Shown here one piece after another: positions 24,320 to 37,571 of a stretch of DNA of 64,000 nt (its first letter is position 1; each line of letters opens with the position of its first letter). The notes under the pieces were generated by a model that saw only the letters and a list, made by a program, of their open reading frames with translations, had not been told where the DNA came from and did no database searches. The stretch lies in contig CM060733.1 in assembly GCA_030704615.1 (NCBI GenBank), positions 55,304,001-55,368,000 on the forward strand, read 5' to 3'. The DNA comes from Takakia lepidozioides. Lineage: Eukaryota; Plantae; Bryophyta. A program made the translations under genes and the position numbers.

Positions 24320-24565
24320 CAATTTCGGCGCCGTTATTACATGGAGTGCGGAAGCTTCAGCCGAGAATTTTGTTTCCGCAGGTCAATTTCGGCGCCGTTA
24401 TTGGTTGCAATCCCCAGCCTTCAGCCGGGTATTTGGTTTCCGGACCCAATTTCGGCGCCGTTATCGGCTGCTCTCCGGTGGCTTCAGCCGAGTATTTGGT
24501 TTCCGGGGCCCATTTCGGCGCCGTTATCGCCTGCATTCCGGAGGATGCAGCCGGGTATTTGGTTG
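24320..24565. repeat. Subterminal ~63-bp tandem repeat (x4) containing AATTTCGGCGCCGTTAT
   Basis: Units at about 24321, 24385, 24448 and 24511. Confidence 0.8.
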
Positions 24566-24974
24566 GCAGAGCCCAATTACTTTCACCGTTGTTGGCTTCA
24601 CTCCCGAGCCTTCAGCGCGCTATTTCTTTTCCTGTTCCCAATTACGGCCTCGTTATAACCAACCATCCAGCACTTCTGCAATAGTACTATCCACGGTTAT
24701 AGGTCGCCATTGCGTTTTCGGAGTCTGCAAACCCGGATCCTAATTCCGCTTGCGTCTCTGCCTCTGGGATAATTTCGGTGCCGTTATTGCCCAGAATTCT
24801 GTTATTCTATGACCTGGCCTGGCGGTCCATGAGCCTGGGCTCCAAGTCATGAGCGTACACTGGTACTCATGAGCGGAGTACTTCCAGCATGAGCGCGGAA
24901 ATCTTCGATTTTTGATTATTTTATAGTTTTTGGCCCGAAAAAAATCTGCCGAAATTCGAAGTGTGTTACTTTGC

Positions 24975-25033
24975 GGCTCATGGGTTAGCCATGCCCGCTC
25001 ATGAGCTCATGAGCTCATGGAATAGCAACCCCC
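24975..25033 (-). repeat. Right terminal inverted repeat of element 1
   Basis: GCTCATGAGCTCATGAGCTCATGGAATAGCAACCCCC is followed directly by the TSD CTCCAATTC. Confidence 0.85.
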
Positions 25034-25399
25034 CTCCAATTCCACACACACACACGAACTGTAGAGGCAGGTGGTTTTCCAGGATGTCATTGTTTGAGCC
25101 GATTTTGGTCATTTCTCTCAGTGTCTTGTTGAAAAGATTCCAGTTATGATGGGAAGCATCTTGATGGCTTTAAATGGTTTGCTGTAGAGTGTAACTTTCC
25201 ATCATGTTCTGGAATCTACTAGTTGGTATAAAATGTCAATTGTCTTCTCTGCCAAAGGATGTGCGGCTGAACTTTTCAAATTGAGACTGCGGGACGAGGG
25301 AATTGACTGTAGTGAAATGGGAGTGGCAGAGCCAAATTGAGGAGTCTCTGCAGAGGAGAATCCGGCCCCCTGCAATGGCGTGCACAAATTGCATTGCAG

Positions 25400-26970
25400 A
25401 GGCTCCCCAACAAAAATGACTTCCCCTCGCCCATGCGAAGGACTTCCAATTAATCACCCTTGTAGACAGAACACCCGGGATGACAGGTTGTGGGAAAGAG
25501 AAGTGGTACATGCTCGAGCCCTTGGGCTTTCAAGGATGCCATGCCCATGTGAACGTTGTTTGGGCACTACAAGTAGATCTGAGGACGGTGTGCACACACA
25601 TCTCCTTCACCACAAAAGACATGAAGCATTTCGAGTGTGGATTGGAGATGGACCTGCAGACTCCAACGACGAGGAGTGGGCACAATTGGACAATGCACAC
25701 CCCCGGGGGAGCCATCTACATTTTGAAGACATCGGGAGCCATGAAAGTGCCAACCGGATTCTCGGGTGCTTTCCAAAAGCACGCCATGAACAAGAAATGG
25801 TCAGGGATGAAGTCACATGATCTACACGTGATGATGCAGCAGATTTTGCCAGTGTACATTCGGGTTATGATAGCACCGGGTCCTCGAACGGCCATAATGC
25901 GTGTAAGTTGAGTGTTTAGGAAGATTTGTGCGAAGGTGTGGGATCCGAGGGACATTACATCGTTGCGTGAGGATGTGGCTATGACCCTTTGTTTGCTGGA
26001 GAAAGAATTCCCTCCATCATTCTTTGACGTCATGACGCACTTGCTAGTGCATCTTGTAGAGGAGCTGCATGTGTGTGGGCCCGTAGCCAGCCGTTGGATG
26101 TACCCCACGGAGAGGTACATGAAGGATCTGAAGGGGTATGTACGCAACATGGCACGGCCAGAGGGGAGTATGGCGGAGGGCTACATCCGTGACGAAGCCC
26201 TGGGCTTCATGACAGAGTATATGTCTTCATTTGATGCAACGCAATGATGGGTGTGGGACGAGAACGAGGAAGAAGGAGTTGTAGGCGAGGTCCTAGAAGG
26301 TGGTGGAACAAAGCGTGCCATGAGCCCGCGCCTTCGGGATGTGGCACATGATGATGTGACACATGATTATGTGTTGAACAACATAACAACCATGACACCA
26401 TGGAGACAGTGGATGTGAACTTACATCCCTCATGTGCTTTTCTTAATGGTCTTTGTATGCTGGAATTACCTATACTGTCACAAGTTATTCCGGCCAATAT
26501 GGGAGTGGGATCGTGTACTAACAGGGTGCTTCAGATGACTACAGAGGGTGTTTCGTAGTTGGTGTTGTTGCTTGCAAGTGATTATGAAGTAGGCTACATC
26601 ACTACAGTGTGCTTGAAAGGGCACAATCTGCATGTGGCATGCATGTACAGTACGGTGTTGGTCAGGGGGACTGAGTTGCAGCTTCTATTTGGTTTCTGCC
26701 AGAAAGTACGCAGCGGAGAAAGTCCGCCTGAAAACGGAACGGAGTGCATTTGCAGAAGCATGGCGGAGGGGCGGTCGTAGGCGCAGATCCCCGGTGGAGT
26801 ACCCCACAACAATGGAGGAGCTGCAGCCCTTTGCAGTGTGGGTCAGATCTGCAGTTGCAGTGTACGCATCAGAGAACGAGGACCCAGATCAGGGCATGGT
26901 GAGTCTGTCATTCCCCCCGGGCCTGATTGCCACTTTGTACCGCTCAATGAAAGCATATGGCAATCAGCAG
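25400..26970 (+). mobile_element. Internally deleted CACTA/En-Spm transposase remnant (transposase-associated domain plus DUF4218-like region)
   Basis: 'MPCPCERC...VHTHLLHH' N-terminal domain, 'GMKSHDLHVMMQQILP' and 'LEKEFPPSFFDVMTHLLVHLVEE...GPV..RWMYP.ERYMK.LKGYVRN.ARPEGSMAEGY'. Stop codons present; termini not found. Confidence 0.85.
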
Positions 26971-27099
26971 ATGTGAGAGGGAAAAGGAAAGCTGCAGAAG
27001 GGGATCCAAATTCAAAACCTAAGAAGGTGCCAGTAACTGTTCTCTACCTTCCATTTCTTGTTTACAGATCTACGAAGAGAGTGAGTGCAATGTCCTAGA

Positions 27100-28032
27100 A
27101 AGTGATGGTCGGTACCGACCATCGCTATGAAGCCATGTTGATTTGCTTTGTACTCCTCTGTTTATGGTTTTTTACACCAGCAGTTTGTGACTGGCGGTAC
27201 CGCCATTCACTGTTCTTCAGATCATAGAGTCAGTCTGATTGTCTTTCAAGCACTCCTTCTCTTTCATTCTGTAGTAGGAACCTGTGATTGTCGGAACCGT
27301 CATTCTCTTTCTTTTCAAAACTCTCATTCTGATACAATAGAAAGTGAGTGTCGGTGCCGACATTAACTATGATCCAGTATTGACTTACACCAAACGCAAT
27401 GCATTCCATTCTAGTGTAGTGCCAGTGTCGTTAACGCCATTCGATTCTCCTCATGAGCTTCCTGAACCTGTATGCGTGGAGAGAGAGTGATGGTCGGCAT
27501 ATTCAGTCATATAGTCTTGCATTGCATTTTCTCTGTTTCAGGTTTAGCAGATTAGGGAAGTGGAATGGCAGTACCGCCAATCACTTTTTTTGAGACTATA
27601 CTGTAGGTTCATGTAGAGTATCGATTGCAAAGTACATTCCAGACAAACAAGAAATAGTGATTGTTTGTGAAGATTATCACAATGGAGTCTCTCTGACTTA
27701 TCTGCACTCACTTTCTGTCCTAGACTAGAATGAGTGTCGGTGCCGCCAATCACTAAGACATATATTTCATTGCACCAAACCGATCTAGTAGGTCCTTCAA
27801 ATGTAATGTTTTTTTATTGTCGTTAACGCCATTCGCTAATGCTCAAAACCTCTCTGTACCTGTTTGCCCAGAAACATAGTGATTGTCGGTACCGACCATC
27901 ACTATGTAGTCATATTGTTTTGGTTTGCATTCATCTGGATCAGCTTTGTTTGTGTAGATGGTTGTGAATGTCGGTGCTGCCATTCATTGTTATTTGAGAC
28001 GAGACAGACTGACGGTCGGTACCGACATTCAC
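27100..28032. repeat. Dispersed GTCGGTACCGAC / GTCGGTGCCGAC palindromic motifs
   Basis: Perfect GATGGTCGGTACCGACCATC at ~27104; variants at ~27349, 27885 and 28015. Confidence 0.7.
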
Positions 28033-28076
28033 TATTTGCACATCACTCACTGTCTGATTGGCATGGCATCGTGCAG

Positions 28077-31000
28077 AAAACTGTGAAGTCCAAGCAGACA
28101 GGAACAGAGGCAAAAGGTTCTGGAGATGGGGACGAGTCTGCCAAGAGCTCTGAGAATAGCGATGAAGCAGATGAACCTGAAGTGCACTACCTTGACAGGG
28201 TGAAAGAACTCATGTCATTCCAGAAGGTAACTCTCAGGATGTTATTGGGGACATGCTCGTCTCTGGAGGGCGTCTGGACATCCCACTATGCCGGATGATA
28301 TCTATGCCTGTTGTGCGTCCTCCTCTTTCCCATGACATTACAAAATTGGAAACTGATTTCGTGCATGGATACAGACTTGGTGCACAAGTTTTTTATGTGT
28401 CACTGACGGATACAAATGGGAAAAGCAAATTAGTGTCTCATGAGATCACATATACCTAGGATGAGTGCTGGAAGGATGTTAATGAGGAGTTCAAGCTGGG
28501 CCTTATGATGGGAAGAAACACCCAGCAATTCTGCAACCACATGTTCTACGTCTGGGACGGCAACCACCGATTGCTGGCATGGATGGGATACATTCAGAAA
28601 CATCATGCGAAAGACAAAGACAAGCATGTTGCTGTAGAGGCAATGGTTTTGGATCCTGGAAACGACATTGCTAGGCTTCTTACAGCTATGCACGACGTGA
28701 ACAAGTAAGTCATCCTAGAGACTCCATTGCCTCTCCAATGTCTTGTTAATCCCACCCTAAACGATGTTTACCAATGCATTGTTTCCAATCTTTTTGCAGA
28801 TCGACAGAGAAATCGCATGTGACAACAAGCTTGGTCCACACACTGTTCCGAATTCAGAGGATTGGTCTGATGAAGCTGGATGATTTTCGCACAGTACTCC
28901 ACCCCGATATAATCAAGAAGTGCGAAACAGGAAGAGCTGCAGGCACTTGGTATTCTTTGACTCGAGAGGCGTTTCTAGAGTACATGTATGCGGTAAGGCC
29001 GAGCCTGTACTCATTTGTCTTTCTAAATACATGTTTGTATTTCGTTTTGTACTCATCTCTATTTTGATCAATGCAGCAAGAACTGGCAGAGGTAGCTGAG
29101 AAGGGGAAATTCGAATACTACCGCACTACAACAGAAGAACTTATGACATCAAAGGGTGTGGAAGCAGCAATAAAGAAGGAGTATGAAATCCGCAGAACCA
29201 AACTGATGTCCGCCTTCTCAAAGCAGCTTATAATAGTAGATCCTGGCCTTGGAGATGAGTTCCTTCTGCAGATCAAATCTCACTATGACAAGCATGTGCA
29301 CCTAGAGATGCAGCAGGAGAAATTGCACCGGCTGGCCATCTCCATGGTCGACCCCCAAACCAAAATAAGATGGCTGGAGATTTGGAACTCAGATCAGATA
29401 GTGAAGGACTTGAATCAGTTCCCAAAAAGCACTATACAGCCTGGCACAAAGGTGGAAGGAATCAGTGACATTGTGTTTGACAACTGGCTTCACAAGGCTA
29501 CATTTTGGAGTCAGGTATGTATTCAAAGAAATTCCATCTTTGTTGACTTCATGAATGTGATGAATACCTTATTTACAAAACTGACAAATGTACCATTTGC
29601 AACTGGAGAAGCGCGCAATCATTGTGCTCGAGCAGACTCTGAAGGACTTGAACATTTCTATTGTTTCCCCGCCTCAAATGACATTGGAGGCATACATAAA
29701 GAAGTGGAGAGGTCTCACCTGGAGATACTGTTTTTTCCGAGAGTTCTCCAAGGATGGTAACATTTTATGGTCCAACAAAATTACAGTCAGGTTGGGGGAG
29801 AGTGGGCTATGATGCGAGTTGTGTACAGGTGCAATGTCCTGCTGGAAACTGTGTTGCCTCTTGTGAGAAATCGTTAGGCTTTGTTAGCAGTGTAATCACA
29901 GATCCAAAGTGAATGTCGGTGCCGACACTCACTTCTATGTCTGTGTCCTTCCAAAGCTAGAGATTGCATTCACCTGGATTAGGAACTTAGGGTGTGTTTG
30001 CAGTGTCCTTGAATGGAATTGTGAATGACGTTGACGACATTCACATCCAGAGCTGTTGTGAGCTCCTGAGATTTATTGTACGTTTTGTATGTTCCATTGA
30101 CTTCTTAGTAAGAGTTCCTCACTCGAGTTTTCTGAATGTCGTTGCCGACATTCACTTTCCTTGCAATGTTGTTGCCTCTTGTGAAAAATCGTTAGACTTT
30201 GTTAGCAGTGTAATCACAGATCCAAAGTGAATGTCGGTGCTGACATTCACTTCTATGTCTGTGTCCTTCCAAAACTAGAGATTGCATTCACCTGGATTAG
30301 GAACTTAGGGTGTGTTTGTAGTGTCCTTGAATGGAATTTTGTGAATGTCGTTGACGACATTCACATCCAGAGCTGTTGTGAGCTCCTGAGATTTATTGTT
30401 CCATTGACTTTTTAGTGAGAGTTCCTCACTCGAGTTTTCTGAATGTCGTTGCCGACATTCACTTTCCTTGCAATGTTGTTGCCTCTTGTGAAAAATTGTT
30501 AGGCTTTGTTAGCAGTGTAATCACAGATCCAAAATGAATGTCACATCCAAAGCTGTTGTGAGCTCCTGAGAGCTCCTGAGAGCTGTTCTGAGCTCCATTT
30601 CTTTCCTTGTTTTTTTCATTCTGTGCTACTGACATCTTACTCACTTCGCGCTTTGGTGGGTTGGGTTTTGTCTCGTGTTTCATAGGTACACGAAATATGT
30701 GCTTATGGATGGAAATCACCTCAGCAGTATTCCAGACTATCTTGACACGTGGTCGGACCCTGCAAATGATCCAACCATGTACACTGCACGGATATTGAAG
30801 GGGTGGTTGGTACCTAGACTGCCCACCTGAGCACACAACCTTTCAAGAACAGCACATGAAATATTTGAACAATAATGCTGAGATGCTGGCGCCTCTGGCT
30901 GACAAGGATTACCAAAGAAACATAGCAACATTGGCTGTCAAGGAGCCCGATGCTCAGGAAACGACGCAAAAGGGCAAGAAGGCGGGGCGCAAACCAAAAG

Positions 31001-31740
31001 ATAAGGGGATGTCATAGCCATGTCACCAGCAAAGCCAAAGTACAAAGACAGGTCCAAGGACAAGGGGAAGGAGAAAGAAAAGGAGAGGGAGAAGGACTTC
31101 ACTGCTGGAAGGTATACCCGCACAATTCAGTGCGTGTTCGATGCCAGGCCACACCCTTTCCGTGCTGATTCGGCATGAGAGATTAAGATTGTCAATGAGG
31201 GTTGGCTGGCGATGATGCAGAGTCGAAAGAGAGGATACATTGGGGTGCCTTTGCCTACCTGGGACAACATGATCTCATTCCTTAATCTTGTGAGAATTTG
31301 ATTTTCTTTCCTTTGCATCTATAAGTGTCATTTGCAGTATTAAGTTTGTTTCTTTGAAAACATTCTTCTCTTCGTTCGAAAATTGAACATGTCTGTTGCA
31401 GGTGAGCACTGGTCCCACCTTTGTGTGCGGTGTGCAGAAAACATTTGCGGCTGACATGGTCATTCTCGACATCTCGGACGGCCAGGTTGTGCTAGAAGTT
31501 CTTCCGAAGGGCAAGACGCCAAGCTGGAACAAATTTGATGACAACTACTGGAGTTGGGTGTTCAGGATCTGCAATAATTTCATCTCTGATGCAGGGAGAC
31601 TTCTGTTTTTTCAGTCATGTGACAAAGATAGTCGTCGGGCATTGGCATCATATCTGAAGTCCTCTGGGTTTGAAGTTTTGCGTACATGGAATTGTGTGAA
31701 CAGCCTCTACATTGTAAAAGGGGGTTGTCCTGGTTAGCTG
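28077..31740 (+). pseudogene. Third, decayed and 3'-truncated ParB-MTase homolog
   Basis: 'IPLCRMISMPVVRP', 'MFYVWDGNHRLLAW', 'DPGLGDEFL', 'EKLHRLAIS' and 'ADMVILDISDG...PSWNKFDDNYWSWVF' align with the element-1 gene. Same phase-2 intron after 'DVN' (donor 28705). Frameshifts and stops present. Confidence 0.8.
29850..30560. repeat. ~310-318-bp tandem duplication containing GAATGTCG(G/T)TGCCGACATTC palindromes, in an intron of the third ParB-MTase gene
   Basis: GTTGCCTCTTGTGA...CACAGATCCAAA repeats at ~29853, 30171 and 30478. Confidence 0.8.
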
Positions 31741-31792
31741 GTATGCCGTCTCCCTTCTGCTTGTGCTTTCATGCTGCGTTTCAATGGAGCGT

Positions 31793-34462
31793 AGCTACGG
31801 CGTGAGCCTAGTCGCGTGAGCCCAGGAGCTCGGCTCACACTTTGCCCTCTAAGCGTGAGCCCAGGGTTTAGAGGAGGGAGAAGCAAGTCCTATAACCGAG
31901 GACAGGGTTTAGAGGGGGTCCTATTACCGTGGAAGTGTATATTTTGGAAGAAGAGGTGAACACGGCAAAACTTCCAAACACGGCAATATACGGCAAACAC
32001 GACATATTGAGTCCCCTTTACAAGCACGACGATCGACCCAATTCCCCCAGCCCTACTTCGTCAACCCCAAGCACTCCCACCCCAAGCACTTCATGCAGCT
32101 GGTCCCACCTCCACCAGCCCCAAGCGCTCCACCTTGAAGACAAGCCCCAAGCTACGATCCCACCTAGCCCCACTCTCACCAAGCCCCAACCTTCTCTGGT
32201 CACTGTTTTTTAGTATACTCCTGCAGCAGCCACACCCACTAGTGAGTTGATTTTCAACCCACCAGCAATAGTAGAACTCTCTAGAAAGTCAACTAGTGAA
32301 CTAGGAAAGATGGCTATACCAACTCTGGCCCGGGAGTAGTGGGTTTAACGGGTTCTGGACCTAGCTGGCGGGTCCGGGTCCGGTTTTAAAATGAACCTAG
32401 GTCAGGGTCCGAGTTTTTGGTGATGGCACGGGTCCGGATCCGGATAGGTAACCCGGACCCTAACCATGGTTTTTTTTAGGAATTTTGAAAAGGGGTAGGA
32501 GTGGCTATATATATTGGGTGTAGGGTAGTGGCCCACTCTAGGTAATTTTCCTCGAATTGGTAGGCTACATGTATTTCCACCCTTGCCATATTTTGCGAAT
32601 CAAATGGATGTTGATGAACAATGGAAGGTGAAGTATAGAAATAGTTGAAAGCCATAGGACGAATGGAACACCAAGGCTAATTGGTACAAATGAGGTGTAT
32701 AGTTCTCGCAAGACTGGCGACGAGCATCTCCTTGGGAAACGGAGGAGGCCCCACAATCCTAAACCCACTCTTCATCTGGCCCGTCAGATCATCCTGCATG
32801 GGGTCCGCCATGGCTACATCTGTGCTGCTGCCCCCGTGGGTCCACAGACGAGGACCTTTTTGAGACCCCCATTTTTTGGCGAAAACTGCCTTATTTGGAC
32901 CTCTTTTTCCCTTTGTTTCATTCGCCAAGGGGATTTTCAGGCGGCCAAATGGCGAAAAATCGCCAATAAAAAAAACGCTGACCCTAACCCGCCGGGTACC
33001 CGGGGTGAAAATCCGGACCCGCACAACACTGTCGTTGATGTCGTCAATGATCATCCTGAAATCATGATCATGAAAAAATTGAGTGTGTTGACGCACTCAG
33101 TTCTCACCGGGGGGGGGGGGGGGGGGGGGAGTTTCCCCCCCAAAAAAAACGCGCCAGGTACTCGGGGTGAAAATCCGGACCCGCACAACACTGTCGTCGA
33201 TGATCATCCTGAAATCTTGATCATGAAGAAATTGAGTGCGTTGACGCACTTAGTTCTCCGGGGGGGGTTGGGGGGGGGGGAAACCAAAAAAAAAAAAAAA
33301 ATGTTTTTTTTTTTTTTTTTTCCCCCCTTCTCCCCCCCCCCCACGCAGAACTGAGTGCGTCAACGCACTCAATTTCTTCATGATCATGAATTCACGATGA
33401 TCGTCGACGACATCTACCCAAATGCCCGGGGGGAGGGGCGCGAAAAAAAAAAAAAAACCAAAAAAACAAAAGAACTTTTATTATTATTTTTATTATTTTT
33501 TGAATTTTCATGTGCCTAACGCTCGGTTAATTCCCAGCCCTGCCCTCCACGAACATGGCAGTTCGCTAAGGGTTAGGGTTAGGGTTTGGGGCTACGATTT
33601 GCAGTGTTTCCTCGGTTTGTCGTATTTGCCGTGTTTCCGCGGTAACGACGTCAGCTTAATTCCCAGCCTGTTTTCCTTCACAAACATGGCAATTCGCTAA
33701 GGGTTAGGGTTAGGGTTTGCCCCCTTACTCCACTGTAGTTGTTCCGGCAGAAAAAAAGAAAGAATCAAAGAATCCACTTTCATTAAAATGGCAATATGTA
33801 TGAATCCATCCCACAAACCCCACTCACTCTTGTCATATCCATTGTGCATTCATCTACTGTGTATTCATGCGTGCTCCATTCATGAATGTTTTCCATTATT
33901 CAACATCCATTGTATATTCATCCACTGTACTTTGTAATCCACCCCACAAACCTACCACACTCATGTCATATACATTGTGCATTCATCTACAGTGTATTCA
34001 TGCATCCTCCAGTCATGAATGTTTTCCATTATTCAACATCCATTATACATTCATCCATTTTACTCTTACCCATCCCACATACATCCATCTACTTTCATTT
34101 TTTGCACTCATCCATCTGTTTATCATCCTCTCTACATTCATCCATCCTTCATTCATCTGTTGTTTTCAGGTGGGAATGACCACGTCCTTTTATTATGTCG
34201 TCCAGCTTGTTTCCGCGCTAAAGGGTGCTCTTCCGCGGGAATACACTCCACTTCTTCCTTGGCGCGTGGTGACGCAGCCTTCAAACGCGATGACGTGGAG
34301 TGAGCCCTGTGATGTGGCGTTGGCGCAAGGTGACGTGGCGTGAGTGCAGTTGCGCTCATGCGCTCACGCGACCAGGCTCACGCCGAGGCATCCCTGACAT
34401 GGCGTGAGCCTGGCTGGGCTCACGTGCTCACAGGCTCACGCGGCTAGGCACACGCGGAAGCT
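31793..34462. mobile_element. Putative non-autonomous TIR element with GTGAGCC-rich ends
   Basis: Left end AGCTACGGCGTGAGCCTAGTCGCGTGAGCC; right end reverse complement AGCTTCCGCGTGTGCCTAGCCGCGTGAGCC. No TSD recognised. Confidence 0.6.
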
Positions 34463-35045
34463 TTCCCCATCCATAATGATACCATGGTAGATCAGCAAAG
34501 TACTGAAACAGGTGACAATACGAGTTCAGGGCATAGCCACGTTTCGACCACCACGAGTTTGGTTGATATCGGCACTACCACCACGTATACCATATGGAGA
34601 GTCGTGGCCAGCACACACGCCCTACGGAACCATGAACAAATACGAAGCAGCCAACTAGTCGTTCATCATGTTAAACTCTGAGATGTACGCCCCAGATGAC
34701 TCCACCGACTGTGACAATGGTGCACCATGAACCATCGATCATAACACGGAGCGAGAACGACGGCGCAATCCAACAGATTGCCAAAAGACGGCGGAAGATA
34801 AGGGAAAAGCCATTAAACCAATTTGCAAGTACTGCGCACACGCCACACATCTAAAAACATACCATTTTCCAAGCCCTAGTTCATCCAAGATGGATGAACG
34901 CAGAACAAGCGGGCCAGGGCAATCATCAACAACTATCATCCCGATCTAGGATGAACCACGAAGAAAACACGAACGAAAGAAAATCAAGCACATCCAGACA
35001 AAGGATGAGCCGCATCCAAAACCGTTACCGGAAGCCAAGTGCTTC

Positions 35046-37470
35046 TTGGTAAGTGCGGGCCCAACAATTAAAGCTAACTGCGCTTTAAACCCAGAAGGAC
35101 AGCACAACAAAATTACCTCTATGAGAACCTCGAGAGAAGCAAGAGTGGAAGTCCAAAAAGTAGAACCCCTACTTAAACCCAGAAATGATCCCCACACTTC
35201 CTCTTCCGCAAACTGGAAATCGTTGTCTACACAAATTCCAGTGTGCTTCATATTGCTCTTGATACAGGAATTGGTTATCCAATTCCTTACAACAACAGCA
35301 AAACTACGGGAAACGGAAAGCACCAAGCGGAAGACACCAGATCCTTATGCGCATGTGAGTTTCAAAATCAGCCCAACGTTGAGGAAGATTGAGGAAGACG
35401 CAAAAACGCAGGAGACGTTGGACAGTCTTGGCTTGCGTTACTTCATCAACACTTTGGATTGGAACCTCAAACACGACGGTCTGTGCAGGGAGTTCTTGGA
35501 GAATTACAACACCAACGCGAGATGCATGAACGTCCGCGACACACGAATTCTATTGACTGAGAGATACTTGGCGAAAGTGTTTCATCTTTCTAGTCAGGAC
35601 ATCCCAACACACAACAACAAACCACCAAAGTTTGTGATTGCGGACCTGTTCGAGAATCTCAACCAAACCAATCAGGGCTACACATGCAGTCACAACAAAA
35701 ACTCAGGTAATTTTAAGAAGATAGCCCAGTACTTAGTACGTTGCTTTGCCTTAGGCAAAACCACAACTATAGCACCAAGGAGCTAATCGACCAGGTGTTG
35801 ATTTGCCTCAACGGACAACTCGTGAATTGGGCAGGCTTTTTGTTAAAAAAGCTGATTCAAGAATTAACCCGACTGACGAAGAAGAAGAACAAGATAACAG
35901 TAACCATGGTGACCGCCCTACTGCTGCAAATGATCCGACATATGGTGCATTTGACACTAGAAGAACAGAACGCTTTGGAAATCATGCAACGAGTAGAAAC
36001 ATTGGAAGCTCGAGACAACCGGAGGGCAGGAGGAAGAAGAACAACCATTGCAGGAGGAGGGCGGACTTACAAAGAGGGCCCGAATAGATAAAGGAACGAC
36101 CAGCGCAATGGCAGAGGAATTATTCAATTCCACGGCAAATTCTACACTGCAGAGAGAAGGAGAGAATCAGCAGCAGGAGAATTCCATACTACAAGGGGAA
36201 GGGAATGAGCAACAAGCCAATAAGCAGCCCCGATGGACACTACACCTGCCAACACGGAGGTCCAGCAGGCAGCATCTGCAGTACTCACACATCAGACAAA
36301 CGAGGTACAAGCCATAGCTGCTCAGCCACAACAAGATAATAATTCCAACTTGGAATTATTACTCTCATAGCAGGTCCTGGATACAATAGCACGAGACACG
36401 GGTTTGGAGGAAATGCCACCGAATGCAATTCTCCAGGCACTGCAAGCTTTGAGCCAAGTGACAGTCTACATGGACAAAGCCAAGGATTACATAAACCCAG
36501 AGAACTTGACCATGATCATGGACCACCTCAAAGAAAAGCACCGTAACCATGAGGCTACAATTATGGCCTTGGAAGATCAACAAACTGCTATGCTTCGCCA
36601 GTACAACACCATGATAGAACGCCAAGATGAATGGGAACAGAAGTGGCAAAGGCAGAAGGAGGAGACACAACATGTCCAAGCCGACCTCAACGCGGAAAGA
36701 GAACAATCCCGAACCACAAAGGCAGAGGTGGAGACACTCAAAGAACAGCTACAGGCTGCTAGCAAACAACACTGTGCTGCTGAGGAAGAGAGAAAACACC
36801 GAGAGCAGGCTATTCACAGCCAATACAGAGAGAGACATTGCCATAGGCAATGAACAAGAATGGAAGCAGCAGCTGGAGAAGCTGACACTTCAAGTAGAGC
36901 CCTAGATGCAGCAGCTGCAGCCCTGGCTCGAGCATAGATAAATGAAAGGAGTGCCCTTGAAATAAAGAAACTCAACAGGGCAATGATACAGAAAATGAAA
37001 ACTCAATTGGCAAAATTGGTGACAGACATTCTTCTGCCACTAATTATTCCCGAACAAGAGGAGCAAAACCATGAACAAGAAGCACCGATACAATCAACAA
37101 CAACAACACTAGTACAAACACCACCAACAACACAACCACCACAGCTTCAACAGACACTGGTACATGCCACATCAGGGCCATCCACCCAGGAGGTAAACCC
37201 CATGGTGGTGTCAACTTCATTAGCAGTGGATGATTTCCAAATCATGCCATGCAAGCAGGATGGGGAGTGACTAAAGTATTTCGAGGAATACTTTAAGATG
37301 ATGGTAGTCCCAGCCCACCAAATCCCAGAAATGGTAGAAAATGTATTCAAGATCTTAACCCCCTGCAAATCATTAGGCCAATTGCATTTGCTCAATCAAA
37401 CTCTCATACCTTTGAGATACATGATGAGGCCACTGGGCAAGGAGGAAACATTGTCAGGGGCAGTAGAATT
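35046..37470 (+). pseudogene. Frameshifted retrotransposon-associated ORF (plant-transposon-protein-like N-terminal part plus coiled coil)
   Basis: 'LDSLGLRYFI..LDW....GLCREFLENYN...V.DTRILLTERYLAKVFHL' and 'VNWAGFL' resemble Gypsy extra-ORF domains; followed by Q/E-rich ORFs at 36404-37270. Confidence 0.5.
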
Positions 37471-37571
37471 ATAGCGCCAAGCTCCTCTGGAATACACAGG
37501 TGGGCAGTGGGACAGTTGAAGATCAACCCAACCCCAGCAGTGGATATGGTAATGGGCTGCCCAAGCTTTTG

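Larger units (their letters stand above)
11357..25033 (+). mobile_element. Complete Mutator-like (MULE) DNA transposon carrying a ParB-methyltransferase cargo gene (element 1)
   Basis: Left end GAGGTTTACTATTTCATGAGC; right end reverse complement GGGGGTTGCTATTCCATGAGC. Both ends continue into CATGAGC repeats. Flanking direct repeat CTCCAATTC at 11348-11356 and 25034-25042. Internal MULE DDE transposase. Confidence 0.9.

Noticed and set aside
11347-25042. 10-bp TSD (CCTCCAATTC) alternative
   Set aside because: Possible because of the C run, but ungapped TIR alignment places the right end at 25033, favouring 9 bp.
33565-33720. Interstitial telomere
   Set aside because: Only 2-3 TTAGGG units within a duplicated TE segment; too short to call.
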